Assembly: GCA_030295235.1 (NCBI GenBank)
Contig: AP026164.1
Span: forward strand, 1,674,001 to 1,738,000
Origin: Fistulifera solaris
Lineage: Eukaryota
Length of the DNA stretch: 64,000 bases
Reading direction: 5' to 3'
The notes under the pieces were generated by a model. It was not told the DNA's origin, ran no database searches, and saw only the letters and a program-made list of their open reading frames with translations. Positions 13,445 to 25,721 of this stretch are shown in pieces (the first letter of the stretch is position 1; the number at the start of each line of letters is the position of its first letter). The position numbers were made by a program, and so were the translations under genes.

Positions 13445-16400
13445 ATGAATTCGGCTATCCTCCGCAGTGCTCGGAATGCTATCTTTTTCCGAAAACCGAA
13501 CCTTCGGACCGGAAGGGCCGCTTTCATGAGCACCCACAGTGGTGATGATGCCAAGAGACCGGAAGCTGTTGCCATGCTTCATCTAGAAGATGGTACGACC
13601 TTGGTCGGAAAGTCGTTTGGGTGCCACACCTCGGTGGAGGGTGAAGTAAGTACAGACGAGTCGAAAAGATACTACTACGTGGTCGTCGATTGTGATATCT
13701 CATGAGAATATCTTTTTTTTCACAGGTCGTCTTCACGACGGGTATGGTTGGATACCCCGAAAGTTTGACGGATCCGTCCTATGAAGGCCAGATTCTTACC
13801 TTGACGCAACCTATGGTTGGTAACTATGGGGTCCCCGACCGCAAGAAGCTAGACGAATACGGTCTACCCGCTGACTTTGAATCAAATCGCATTCATGCCA
13901 CTGGTTTGATTGTGCAGAACTACAGTCATCACTACTCTCACTGGAAGGCTGCGAGCAGTCTCGGTGACTGGCTCAAGGAAGAAGGCGTTCCCGGTCTTTG
14001 TGACATTGATACGCGTATGTTGACCAAGAAAATCCGAGAAAAAGGTGCCATGTTGGGTCGCATTGAAGTCGATCTCAACGCACCGGTTCCGGACTTTTCC
14101 AAAATGGTAGATCCCAACAAGCGCCATTTGGTGGGTGAAGTCAGTGTCAAGGAACCAACAGTTTACGGAAAGGGAAACCCCACCAAGGTCATTGCCGTTG
14201 ACTGTGGTATGAAATACAGCATCATTCGTCAGTTGGTCAAGCGTGGTGTCGAGTTGACTGTCGTTCCGTGGAACTACCCCTTCGCCGCTGACATGCATAA
14301 GTATGATGGTCTTTTCCTTAGCAACGGGCCCGGTGACCCGAACATGTGTATGGAGACTGTCAAAGAACTGGAAAAAGTCATCACTTGTCCGGAAGACCAA
14401 ATCAAGCCCATCTACGGTATTTGCATGGGAAACCAGTTGATTGGTCTCGCTGCTGGGGGCAAAGCCGTCAAGCTTCCGTTTGGAAACCGTGGACAAAATC
14501 AGCCAGTGTTGAATCACCAGACCGGAGAATGCTACATCACTCCGCAGAATCACGGTTACCACATCGATACGTCGACTCTCAAGCCGGGATGGAAGACATT
14601 GTTCACAAATGCCAACGATGGATCAAACGAGGGTATTGGTCATGAAACTCGTCCTTACTTTACCGCCCAATTCCACCCCGAGGCATCATCTGGTCCAACG
14701 GATACCGAGTTCATGTTCGACACATTCTTGGATGCATGCCGATCCAAGTTAAAAGATGGAAAGATCAAATTCCCGGACCGCAAACCTGCGCCTACTCCTC
14801 CCAAGGTGAAGAAGGTCTTGCTTTTGGGTTCGGGTGGCACAAGTATCGGACAAGCCGGAGAATTCGATTACTCGGGTGGCCAAGCCATCAAGGCTCTCAA
14901 GGAAGAAGGATGCGAGGTTGTTCTCATGAATCCTAACATCGCATCCGTGCAAACGAACACTGACGACAAATCTGCAAGCAAGGCTGATCATGTTTTCTTC
15001 CTTCCCGTGACTCCCGACTTTGTCGAAGAAGTCATCAAGAAAGAAAAAACCCGATGGTGTTGTTGTTTCCATGGGTGGGCAGACAGCGCTCAACTGCGCT
15101 GTTGAAATGTATCAAGCCGGCATTTTCCAGAAGTACGGTGTTCATGTCCTCGGTACACCCATTGAGAGTGTTATTAACACAGAGGATCGTCAGCTTTTCT
15201 CGGATCGTCTGAACGAGATCAACGAGAAAATTGCCGAGTCCTACACGGCAGATACCATTAATCAGGCAGTGGAACACGCCAGAAAGGTCGGATATCCTTG
15301 TATGATCCGTTCCGCCTTTGCTTTGGGTGGCTTGGGAAGTGGTATCTGTCAAGATGAGACCCACTTGAAGGATATGGCGCGTAAAGCTCTCTCGGTTTCC
15401 CCTCAAATTCTGGTCGAAAAGAGTATGAAAGGATGGAAGGAAGTTGAATACGAGGTAGTCCGCGATGTCTATGACAATTGCGTCACTGTGTGCAACATGG
15501 AAAACTTTGATCCGCTCGGTATTCATACAGGTGACAGCATCGTGATGGCGCCATCTCAAACGCTCAGTGATGAAGAGTATCATATGCTCCGAGAGACTGC
15601 CATCAAGGTCGTTCGTCACCTTGGTATTGTCGGAGAGTGCAACATCCAGTATGCCCTACATCCCGAATCGCTCGAGTATGCTATCATTGAGGTGAACGCT
15701 CGTCTCTCCCGTTCGTCGGCTCTTGCCTCGAAGGCGACTGGGTATCCTCTTGCCTTTGTCGCTGCCAAACTCTGCTTGGGTATCCCACTTACTGAGGTCA
15801 TTAACTCGGTTACGAAGAAAACACAAGCGGCTTTCGAACCTTCTTTGGACTACATTGTTACTAAGATTCCTCGCTGGGATATGTCCAAGTTCGAAGGAGT
15901 CAACCAAGAGATCGGTTCTGCTATGAAGAGTGTTGGTGAGGTCATGGGTATTGGTCGAACCATGGAAGAGTCTATTCAGAAAGCGCTCCGCATGGTTGAC
16001 CCTTCAAACCCAGGTTTTTCGATGAAGAATCGTTACGAAACGCTTTCTGAATTGAAGAGGGAACTTGCAGTTCCGACGGACAAACGAATTTGGGCTATTG
16101 CACAAGCACTGCATGAAAAGTCTTTGACTGTTTCCGAGATCCACGACATTACTAAGATTGACTTTTGGTTTCTTCGACGACTTGAAGATATTGTGAAGGC
16201 ATGGGATGAAATGGAGACTGTCACTGTTGATGAATTAAGTGACGACCTCATGTTACACGCAAAGAAGATGGGTTATTCAGATCAGCAGATTGCCAACTGT
16301 CTGAAGGGCGCAACTACTGAAATGCAAGTGCGCCAGAAGCGTGAAGCGGCAGGAATTGTTCCTTTCACCAAGCAAATCGATACTCTTGCTGCAGAATACC

Positions 16401-18079
16401 CAGCTGAAACAAACTATCTGTACATGACGTACCACGGCTCGGAAAACGATGTGGAATCTCAAAATGGGGGTATTGCTGTTCTAGGGAAGCGGATGCTATC
16501 GCATTGGATCGTCCATTGAATTTGATTGGTGCGGAGTCAGCGCCATCCGAACTCTTCGTAAAATGGGATACAAGTCAACGATGATCAATTACAACCCCGA
16601 AACGGTCTCAACCGATTATGACGAATGCGATCGTCTCTACTTTGAAGAACTCAGCGTCGAGCGTGTGATGGATATTTACAACCGTGACAAAACTGAAGGT
16701 GTCGTTGTCAGTGTTGGTGGTCAGATTCCTAACGGTATCGCGCTAAACTTGGACAAGAACGGAGTAAAGATCTTGGGCACACCAGCCGCCATGATTGATA
16801 ATGCAGAAGATCGCTTTAAATTCTCAGACATGATCGACGAGATTGGTGTGCAGCAGCCTGCGTGGCGAGAGCTCACTAGCACGCAAAGTGCTATTGATTT
16901 CGCAAGCAAAGTTGGATACCCAGTTTTGGTGAGACCATCATACGTTTTAAGTGGAGCGGCGATGAATGTTGCTTACTCCGACGAGCAGCTCCGCTCTTGC
17001 CTCAATGAAGCCGCCGAAGTCTCTCAAGAGCACCCTGTTGTTATCTCTGATTTCATCCAAGGAGCGACTGAGATTGAGATGGATGGTGTTGGAAAAGATG
17101 GCGAGTTGATTGCTGCTGCTATTCACGAGCACATCGAAAATGCTGGTGTTCACTCTGGTGATGCTACCCTGGTTCTTCCTCCACACACACTCTCTGCGTA
17201 CACTAAGGAACGTGTCCGCGACGCAGCTCGTAAGATTGTAAAGCGTCTGAACATTACTGGTCCTGTCAATATCCAATTCGTGGCCAAAGGAACCGATGTC
17301 ATGTGCATTGAATGCAACGTGCGTGCTTCTCGATCATTCCCCTTCGTTTCGAAGACTATGGGTGTTGATTTTATTGAAGCTGCTACCAAAGCGATCGTCG
17401 GTGTTGACACTTCTGATATGAATCTTCCGACTTTGGATACTCGTGATAGACCTAATGGTTATGTTGGTGTCAAGGCCCCGATGTTTTCTTTTGCACGTCT
17501 CCGTGGATCTGATCCGGTTCTTGGTGTAGAAATGGCTTCGACTGGTGAAGTAGCCTGCTTCGGCGCAAATAAGGAGGAAGCGTTTTTGAAGGCCCTCCTC
17601 TCGACTGGCTTCAAACTGCCCAAAAGAACATTCTGGTTTCTGTCCAGGAAGATCTACAAGATGAGTTCACACATTGCGCCTGGCAGCTCCACGAGCTCGG
17701 CTACAATTTGTACGCTACGCGGGGCACTGCTGCTGTTTTGGAAAAAAATCGTGTCCCCTGCACCGCTGTGCCCTACCCTACCGAAGAAAGTGACGAGGCC
17801 AATGCAGCCGAACTTATCAAGAATGGAACGATCAATCTTGTCATCAACGTGCCTTCGCAGAACTCAAAGCGCCTTGAAGATAACTTCCTCATGCGCCGAA
17901 CAGCTATGGACTTCGGAGCACCTCTTTTAACAAACATGAATTTGGTGAAGATGTTTACAGATTCGATGTACAAGTACAGGAAGGAGGGCATGGCCGGGTT
18001 GGAGCCAAAGACATTATTCGAGCACTACCAAGCCGAATCAGATGCAGACGCATGGACTAGTCCATCAGAGTTCCATTAA
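13445..18079 (+). CDS. CPS1: Mitochondrial carbamoyl-phosphate synthetase (fused GATase + synthetase + MGS; urea-cycle unCPS / CPSIII type)
   Basis: Arg-rich presequence [17 protein letters not shown]; intron 13646-13725; [31 protein letters not shown]; two ATP-grasp domains; MGS domain; no DHOase/ATCase so not CAD; frameshifts near 15049, 16487, 17625. Confidence 0.95.
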
Positions 18080-18255
18080 GGAAGTCCTTTCGTATTTCTT
18101 AGCAAAAAAATGACTTTTAATTTATTGATTGATATCCAAGCTTTATTTTTTTAGACGCTAATTGCAAAACTACTGCAGGTTACAGAAGCACGCCAGACGT
18201 ACCCGCAAAGAATAATAAAACAAACTCTCCATTCAATACATCACAACAACATCAA

Positions 18256-19908
18256 TTAATCAAAGCCCAGTGCCTCCAGAGTCGCTACAAGAGCGATGCT
18301 CAGTGGAAAGACCGCCCCAATAAGCAGACCCCTACCCGTAGAAAGAATTTTGTTTCGAACGAGAAATCCCACCAGGAATTCGACGAGGATAATTGCAATT
18401 GTTTCTGCGGTATATTGCCATGCCAGACCGCGGAAGAAAATGAGGCCCATGAAGATCGACAAACAGAAAGTGTTATTCGTGCTGGCTGCGCCGACTAACG
18501 CAGACAATGAAACTTGGATAGTCTTCGATGTTTTCTTTGATGCGTAGTATTGGCTCGATATGACTTCACTAGCATTGCTTGCCAAAGGAGCCAAAATGAA
18601 TGACACATAGAACGGGCTCAAATTGGCTCTGACCGCAATTTCTTGCATGACGTCGACCATAGGATCTGAAAACAAGACAACAAGAGTTGTTCCGAGGGCA
18701 AGCATGGTGAAGGCCCTTTGCTTAATAGCGACCTGTTGCTGCTCAGGAGGTAATGCTGATAGATCCTCGGGAATTTCTTCTTCTTCGATTTCAGCAAATG
18801 CTGCGTCAGCTATGACGGCACGCGTATTGTTGTGACTCGGGGCATCCGCCATCTTTTCTTTGGCTACTTGAATCTTGATGAGCGCATAAGCTAAACCAAT
18901 GAATTCGTCCAAGTCGATGGTACCTGACTTGTCGGAGTCGAATTTGCTAAAGAGATCTTTCATTTCTTCTTCCGATATAGCTTCATGAAAATCACGGAAA
19001 AACATGAACGATTCACCTTCATCCAGATGACCATTTGCATCTTCATCATATGTCATGAAAGCATCCGCCAATATTTCCTTCAAATACGAGAAAACCGCGG
19101 GAGGAGGTCGTCGCGGATCCACTTCGAGAATCGATTGGTACTCGGACGACGACACGCCAGTTCCCATTTGCTCTTCGACGTGTTGAACGTGCGAAGCTAC
19201 AGCTCCAGAAAGACTAACCTTTCCTTTTTGCAACAGCTTTCGCACCACAGCCATACGCTTTCCACGATCTTGCCCTTCCTGAGACATTTGAAGCTGAAGT
19301 CTCATGTAAAAGAAGAGACCAATCAAACAAATACAAAATGCAGCAGCAGCCCACCAGTGCTCTCCGGCAGCAACTTCCTCGGAAGGGCCATGTAGGTACA
19401 ACGCAGGGACCTGAATGAGAAAGTATGGAATTGTAGTAGCCATCATGATGGCTCCACTCTGATGAATAGGGTCTGATACAGCAACGCCAGTCTTCGTGAG
19501 CGTGGCCCACATGGAGGACTTGTCGGTGAGCTTGGGTCTTCCGAGATAATTTGCTTTATCCCCATCTAATAAATCTACTTTTCCGCGCCAAGCCGACAAG
19601 GCCAATGGAACAGTCAAAAGCATAATGGTAGAACCCGCCAACGCACCGACACCCACGGAAAGCGATTCTTGTGCATCCTCCAGACTACCCAAGCCCGAAA
19701 ACAGGATGATGGCACCGTCCGGCACAGCTCCTAAGAGCGGGAGGACGACTCCACCAACCAAACCTGCTAAACTAGGGACAAGTAAAAGCAGCTCGCTACC
19801 CTCTCCAATTAGATTGGATGCATAGTAGAGCACGTATCCATAGGATAGAAACAACCAGAGAAGACCCGTGAGGCCAACTTCCGATGGTTCAATCGTTGGT
19901 CCTATCAT
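18256..19908 (-). CDS. EF-hand-containing cation/Ca2+ exchanger (NCL/EFCAX-like)
   Basis: GGVVLPLLGAVPD and LAPLASNASE alpha-repeats flank two EF hands (DEDANGHLDEGE, DSDKSGTIDLDE); many TM segments. Confidence 0.88.
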   Translation of the reverse strand: MIGPTIEPSEVGLTGLLWLFLSYGYVLYYASNLIGEGSELLLLVPSLAGLVGGVVLPLLGAVPDGAIILFSGLGSLEDAQESLSVGVGALAGSTIMLLTVPLALSAWRGKVDLLDGDKANYLGRPKLTDKSSMWATLTKTGVAVSDPIHQSGAIMMATTIPYFLIQVPALYLHGPSEEVAAGEHWWAAAAFCICLIGLFFYMRLQLQMSQEGQDRGKRMAVVRKLLQKGKVSLSGAVASHVQHVEEQMGTGVSSSEYQSILEVDPRRPPPAVFSYLKEILADAFMTYDEDANGHLDEGESFMFFRDFHEAISEEEMKDLFSKFDSDKSGTIDLDEFIGLAYALIKIQVAKEKMADAPSHNNTRAVIADAAFAEIEEEEIPEDLSALPPEQQQVAIKQRAFTMLALGTTLVVLFSDPMVDVMQEIAVRANLSPFYVSFILAPLASNASEVISSQYYASKKTSKTIQVSLSALVGAASTNNTFCLSIFMGLIFFRGLAWQYTAETIAIILVEFLVGFLVRNKILSTGRGLLIGAVFPLSIALVATLEALGFD

Positions 19909-20891
19909 GTTGAAAGAAGAATGCAGGTGCTAACAGCCGTATTCAGTAAGACTTTCGAAGTAATTGCTTTATTTGAACTAGCGATGCAAAGAAAGGCGAG
20001 GATTGCTGCAAGCATTTGCATAACAATAGGCATGTGAGAAGTGAGAAGTCATTATATTTCGGTCGTAAGTCTTGACAGATGCCGAAGCCAAGGCGAGATC
20101 TTTGAGACATCACACGACGTTGTCTCACCGTTGTCTGATCCTTAATTGTTTGCACCAAGTGTGACGATTGACGATTGACGATAGAGGTCGGCTCGCTTTT
20201 TATCACGACTGGTTCCGAGTCCTGAGTCAAGACTTTTGACGTTTGATGACTACATCGTATGTTGATTTGTTACCATGTGACCGGGACCGATGCGCGGAGA
20301 AACGGGCATGGGCAAAATTCGCAAGTTCGCTGCCACGATCCAAGGACCCAGATCCGAGGTATTGTGACCACGAGACACGTGACCCAAATTTAGATCCGCG
20401 TCATCAGTCATCGGACTTTCTTGTCCCGGTTTTGGATCACCTCAAAAGACTGATTGAGAAAGTATTGAAGTTCGTAATTATAAGCTTAAATGTACTTCGG
20501 AATGACACACCATGTCCACGTTCTGTTATTGGCGCAATTGTGCCAAGTGCCGCGATGCGAAGACAGAAAAAGGCCGCGCCGTCGAGCTCTCGCGCAATGT
20601 CGATCCACGATCTCGGGACTCGGAACCACCACTCAAAGTACTTCTACCAACAGACTAAGTTTACAGCAGACGTGGATTAGATCCTGTCACGTTTGCTCTC
20701 CGGCGAAATTTCGTTCCCTAACCTACATTCCAGATGATAATAGAAAGAAAAAGTGGAAACAAAGAACGCGGCTTCTCCGCTCTCCGCTGCTACTGCCAGC
20801 AGCGTGTTTCGTGGCGAAAACTGCAACTTTCAGCCATTAAAAACCTCAAGCAGTCTTTGATCATTCCATTGTTTGTTAAAAGAAGCCTTCG

Positions 20892-20900
20892 TATATAAAG
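20892..20900 (+). promoter_or_regulatory. Possible TATA box of the cyclin gene
   Basis: TATATAAAG just upstream of the ATG at 20915; very close to the start codon, so uncertain. Confidence 0.25.
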
Positions 20901-20914
20901 CTCAGACTCTCAAC

Positions 20915-21820
20915 ATGGATCAATCACTTGAAACTATCGCTACTATGCGCTTTCAAGAAAGCTCTGCTTACGTTAAGACGGACTGGATGTCTATGATACC
21001 TCTCCACCCGCAGTCCGCTACCGTCGTCGACATGGACTGCCGCAGTAAGATGTGTGCCTGGTTCGTTCAAGTGGTAGACTTTTGCAAGTTTAGACGCGAG
21101 ACCGTCGAAATCGCGCTCTCTTATCTGGATCGTTTCTTGCTCTCACCGCAAGGCGCCGATGCCCGAATTGATCGATCTTTGTATCAGCTTGCTAGCATGA
21201 CAGCCCTGTACACGGCCGTGAAGATCCACGAAGCCGAAGCCATGGATCCGAACCTTGTTTCGAAGCTGAGTCGGGGTGCCTACGCACCCTGTGAAATTGA
21301 AGAAATGGAGCGAACTTTGTTGACAGGTCTGCAATGGAGGGTCAACCCTCCCACCACCATGTCGTTTGTTCGCGAGCTCATGAACCTCATTCCTCAAGAA
21401 GAAATGGATCTGGAGACAAGGAATGCCCTCCTGGATGTCACAAAGTTCCAAATTGAGCTCACGGTGGGTCGCGGGGAACTGTTTTTGGCGCCGGCTTCCC
21501 TCGTGGCTTTGGCTGCTCTCCAGAACTCGCTTTCGAGTCTTCCGATCGACGACCAGCTTTCGGACTACATCTCCTATGTATTCTACAATGCTTTGCAGTG
21601 GAATATAAGCAATGCTGTTGTCATGAATGTACAGAACCTTATGTTTGAAGCCGTCACTCAATCTTCCAACGATCCAGCCATTTTACGCCCTTGTGAAAGG
21701 AATCACCAAACGAACAAGGGCGAATGCCGGTCACCCCTGATCAATCACCGCGTTCTATCTCTGCTATGTAGATGCGATGCTGTTAACAACACGCCTGTAA
21801 ATTTGCGACAAAAGAGATGA
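20915..21820 (+). CDS. Diatom-specific cyclin (dsCYC-like)
   Basis: Cyclin box CRSKMCAWFVQVVDFCKFRRETVEIALSYLDRFL, YQLASMTALYTAVKIHE, MERTLLTGLQWRVNPPT; the true C-terminus may be ...DQSPRSISAM* at 21771 after a frameshift. Confidence 0.88.
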   Translation: MDQSLETIATMRFQESSAYVKTDWMSMIPLHPQSATVVDMDCRSKMCAWFVQVVDFCKFRRETVEIALSYLDRFLLSPQGADARIDRSLYQLASMTALYTAVKIHEAEAMDPNLVSKLSRGAYAPCEIEEMERTLLTGLQWRVNPPTTMSFVRELMNLIPQEEMDLETRNALLDVTKFQIELTVGRGELFLAPASLVALAALQNSLSSLPIDDQLSDYISYVFYNALQWNISNAVVMNVQNLMFEAVTQSSNDPAILRPCERNHQTNKGECRSPLINHRVLSLLCRCDAVNNTPVNLRQKR

Positions 21821-22290
21821 TCTTTATCTGCACAGTAGCTTTCATAATAAATCTAATTGTATAATTTGCATTTATCTTTATCATGTCTATAGTTTTCATA
21901 GCTTGATTTATCCTGGTGTTCTAACTAGCCAACAAGGAACTGGGAGTCCTAGTAAGCTAGGACTTTAAAAGCTTCTTCGCGAGGATACGTTCCTGACACT
22001 ATCATTATCGTTGTCTTGTTTATTCTTTCATCGTCATGGATTCTTGTTCCATCTCGTGATCTACGAATTGCGAACCCACCAAGCAAACACGAATTATGGA
22101 AGATACGCAAGACGATCTTTGCCTTCGCCACGGTTTGCCCTATCCTGTAAAAAAGTAGAGAGCAATCACGAACGCCAGTTTCATTATAAGGAAGGCCAAG
22201 CATTGGGCCTGTTGCCTGTTTTCTTCCGCGAACTTGCTTGCTAGCTTCGTGTCTCTATTCCGTACGTCTTCGCCCGTTGCGACAGGGAAT

Positions 22291-22360
22291 GGCGTTAAAA
22301 TTCTGCCTCGTCGTAGACGATACGTAGAATCTTGTACTGGGAGGCAGAATTTTAACGTCC
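22291..22360 (+). repeat. 70-bp palindromic dispersed element, copy 1
   Basis: Perfect 17-bp inverted arms CGTTAAAATTCTGCCTC (22293-22309) / GAGGCAGAATTTTAACG (22341-22357) around a 31-nt spacer. Confidence 0.95.
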
Positions 22361-22527
22361 CTCCCAGATCTTTCGCGCGCGGATGCGACGACCGCGACAA
22401 CAAAATCCGCCGTCATTGATGATGATGTTTCATCACAATGAAAGCGTTTGATTGCACTACTTTCACAAAACTTGTTTACAAAAAGCCATATTTCAGTCTA
22501 CTTCTAGCGATTGTTGTGAGAGAGAAG

Positions 22528-23402
22528 ATGACTGCCCCCTCCCTCAGCACTTGCTTCTTCGTCTACAACACCGGAAAATCCGTCGCATGCCAACGCGGAC
22601 AGCCTTCCGCGGCAGCATGAGGCTGTTTCTCCTCAACACGACGTGGCTGATTTATCGACTCCGATTAAAACAATATTGAATGATTCACAAAGTGATGATC
22701 GAAATTTCTCCAATGTTCTAAAGGAGCGTATGAAACAGCGCAAAGAGAAAGAAGATGCGGCTCTGGCGCATTTGCGTGTGCAAGTGAAGCACTTGGAAGC
22801 AGCGTTAACAGCTGAAACAAAGCGTCGCGTGCAAGTTGTAAAAGAGGTACAAGAACAAGCAAAAGAAGCTGTAAGTCAAGTGACGGCCTTATGGAAGGAA
22901 TCTGTCGAAAAGAAGGAACGGAAATGAATCGACGACTGGCGTCTCTGGAAGAACGGATAGCCGAGTTGGAAGAGCATTGGAAGAGAGATGTCACTTCGAT
23001 TGAAAAGAATATTGATAGCAAAGCAAAACAATGGGAAAGTGCGTTAGGAGAGCTGCAGGCTCAAGCTGAAACAGAACGTAAATCGCGCTCGCGAAGGGAA
23101 GAACAATTTTTCAACAAATCAATGACGTATCCGAGAAGTACGAAAAATGTTGGAAGGAAGAGCGTCACCATCGGGTATCTGAAATTAGTAAACTTACAGA
23201 GCGCGTGAAAACGCAAGAAGACGTACGCGATGCTCAAGTCAAAGGATTGGAAGGACGGATTCAGAAGGCTCTCGATGATCTAAACAACGCCCTCGAAGTT
23301 GAGGTTAATGAACGTCAAACTCGAGATACAGAAATTGTGACAGCATTGAATAAGTACACCGAGCAAGTCCAGACGTCCTTGTCTTTCGTCTCTGGAATTT
23401 GA
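22528..23402 (+). CDS. SF-assemblin / beta-giardin-like coiled-coil protein; several apparent frameshifts
   Basis: Pro/Ser-rich head then long coiled coil; LEAALTAETKRR and C-terminal LEVEVNERQTRDTEIVTALNKYTEQVQTSLSFV resemble SF-assemblin hallmark segments; split over ORFs 22643, 22891, 23205. Confidence 0.7.
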
Positions 23403-23617
23403 AAGCGGCAGCCAAGGATCAGTGTCACATCCTTAAAATACAAGGACTTAATGATTTTTTGGCTGTTTACTTTCGAACTCGAAAACATTTTGTAATTTGA
23501 TGAAACATTTAGACCTATCCGCAACGAAAATTTTAACCATAACAATCTTGATGAGAAAAAGACAGCGGATGAACCTTTTGTGTCACGATTGTTACTTGAA
23601 AAAATTGCAACAATCCA

Positions 23618-24059
23618 TCAAAAGTCGGTGGCGCGGCCCTTCCGTTCCCAATCGCCGTATCGGGTTGGCTCTGGCAATCGACCCCCTCGACGCGGCCCGC
23701 CCCATTCCATGGTACGGAACTCAAAACTTTCATGCGGCTCTACAAACATTTTTTCCTTTTCCATTTCATCGTCATCGTCTTCCTTAATATCGCCACAGGC
23801 TTCGATTTTTAGAGTCTCGGGTTGCGCATCTAATAATCCATTGCCATAAGATCAGAAGTCAAACAAAGGCAGTATCTGAAGCGTTTTCTGTCACCTTACC
23901 TTTTGATGACGACCCCGCCACTTTGTTGAACACGATCGTCTTGTTATCAACGGAAGACAAGCTGCGAACCGACGAATGAATCGAATACACACGCGAGTAT
24001 GACGGGCTCCGTAAGATTGCAGCCTTTGAGAGGCGAGGCATCATGGTTGCACTACTCAT
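23618..24059 (-). CDS. SDHAF4: Succinate dehydrogenase assembly factor 4 (DUF1674), mitochondrial; frameshifted near 23850
   Basis: Manual translation of the minus strand 23618-23710 gives EWGGPRRGGRLPEPTRYGDWERKGRATDF*, the SDHAF4/Sdh8 signature; presequence MSSATMMPRLSKAAILR; the C-terminal part is absent from the ORF track. Confidence 0.88.
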
Positions 24060-24597
24060 TTCTTCAATCAAATGGTGAATTGTTATAAAATCAATATGAG
24101 TCTAACAAATACAAGACCTTTGTATAGATATAATGAAACACAATGATCGTGTATTGTGCTTGTCGTGCTTTGGTCGTTTTCGTCGCGGCGATTGCAATTC
24201 GGGACTGACATTCAAACAAGGAGTCGGAGCAAAACGTCGCCTACACTCTGTACTATAGTCAAATAGTATAGCGCAAGGCGTTCGTGGGTCGAGCGACCCA
24301 GTGTAACATATAACATATACTCCTTTGAGCGACCTGTGCTCTTGATGTTCAGCTAGTATGGAGAATCCCAGACACTAGGAATCCATGGAAAGTTTTCGCA
24401 GGCTACTGTCGAAGCAAAAGACGACGGGTCGCTTTGGTCGAGACTCACGGTAATAGCCGACAATTTGCCCTAAACTCCTTGAGATTCGATCAATCACCTG
24501 ACGACCTAGAAGAGGAACAACCTGACTGGATTGAACGTCTTGTTTATTTTCGATCACGGAAAGGTTCGCATTATCCAAAAGTGCATGTAGTTGAGTC

Positions 24598-25284
24598 TCA
24601 AAGAACCAAATCGGGGAAATCCTCCTGAAGCCAATGATGAACACGACGTCCCACTGGATTACCCAGCTCCCTACAACTCCGAAATTGCGCATAATGAGCA
24701 TGAAGACACTTGATAGAAGGAATCGAATCCATGTTGGCACTTCCTGATAACATGGTCCCCGCGACGCCCGAACACTGCAACATGGTTCGTAGCCTTTGTA
24801 GAGAGGGATCTTCAATTAATTTCTGACGATGGTCCGACGACAAACTCTCCCAGCGCATGCTAGCATACTTTTCGTGACAAGCCAGCAACTCCTCTTTCTC
24901 CGATTTATTTAAACTTTCCTGAATGCGTTGGATGTACCCCTGTCGTTCCAGTTCGGCAATGGCTGTTCCGATCAGCGGATTGGTGAACCAAAATAAAGTG
25001 GGAAATGGCGTTCCAATGTCACTCATCTTTGCTTTGGCTTGACGACGCATGGAACCTCCCTGTAGTGGGTAAGTTTGTATCGCAATAGGGTCGCCGGCTT
25101 GAGTACGAGCAGAAACGCAAACCCAGTTGGTGGGCACATATCCGAGCTGTTGTCGTACCAATTCTCGATCATGATCGTCATTCCGTGGTACAATATATTC
25201 AGCATTCCTGGTGGCTTGGAGACATAAAAATCCACAAGCCGTTGTTATTTGGAAGAGAATGAAATAATATTGTAAGAGCTTCAT
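24598..25284 (-). CDS. DUF501-family protein with N-terminal signal-like sequence
   Basis: RQQLG...GTPFPTLFWFTNP...IAELE..G...GVAG...IKCLHAHYA...NPVG. Confidence 0.8.
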   Translation of the reverse strand: MKLLQYYFILFQITTACGFLCLQATRNAEYIVPRNDDHDRELVRQQLGYVPTNWVCVSARTQAGDPIAIQTYPLQGGSMRRQAKAKMSDIGTPFPTLFWFTNPLIGTAIAELERQGYIQRIQESLNKSEKEELLACHEKYASMRWESLSSDHRQKLIEDPSLQRLRTMLQCSGVAGTMLSGSANMDSIPSIKCLHAHYAQFRSCRELGNPVGRRVHHWLQEDFPDLVL

Positions 25285-25721
25285 TGTCAGTTTGTTACAA
25301 ATGAATGAATGAATGAGCAATTCTCCGTGACATGTTTGTTGGACGACAAAATGGTACTCCGTAGTATTTTTAACAACGAGCTCGGTGCGACAGATTAAGC
25401 ATAAAACGCTTAATCATACAGTGTATTGGTACTCATGCTGAGACACATGCTTTATTGTACGAAGTCGGAAGGAAATGCAGCCACCGATACGTACGACGAC
25501 AGGCAGGTGGAGGGAGGGCCAAGCAAGCGAAAATCTATCGGGGCGCCGCTGTCAATTATTTAGGCTCGCAAGGACAAGGTTCTCGTATCATTGAAGACGA
25601 TAACATTTCATCCACAGAATCAGCTGCTTTTGAATATTGAAACTTCTAGTTCGATATCGAAAGCTCGAAAATAGGGGAAAGGTCTTTGACGAACTGTGTC
25701 AAATAAAGAAAAGAAAGCACG

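Noticed and set aside
15040..15055. Programmed ribosomal frameshift in CPS at the A-run
   Set aside because: Similar breaks occur in many unrelated genes; homopolymer sequencing error is the simpler explanation
13882..15619. Long minus-strand ORFs inside CPS
   Set aside because: Antisense shadows of a highly conserved gene
24375..24628. Short ORFs between SDHAF4 and DUF501
   Set aside because: No recognisable motifs, and they overlap the DUF501 3' end; a gene cannot be supported
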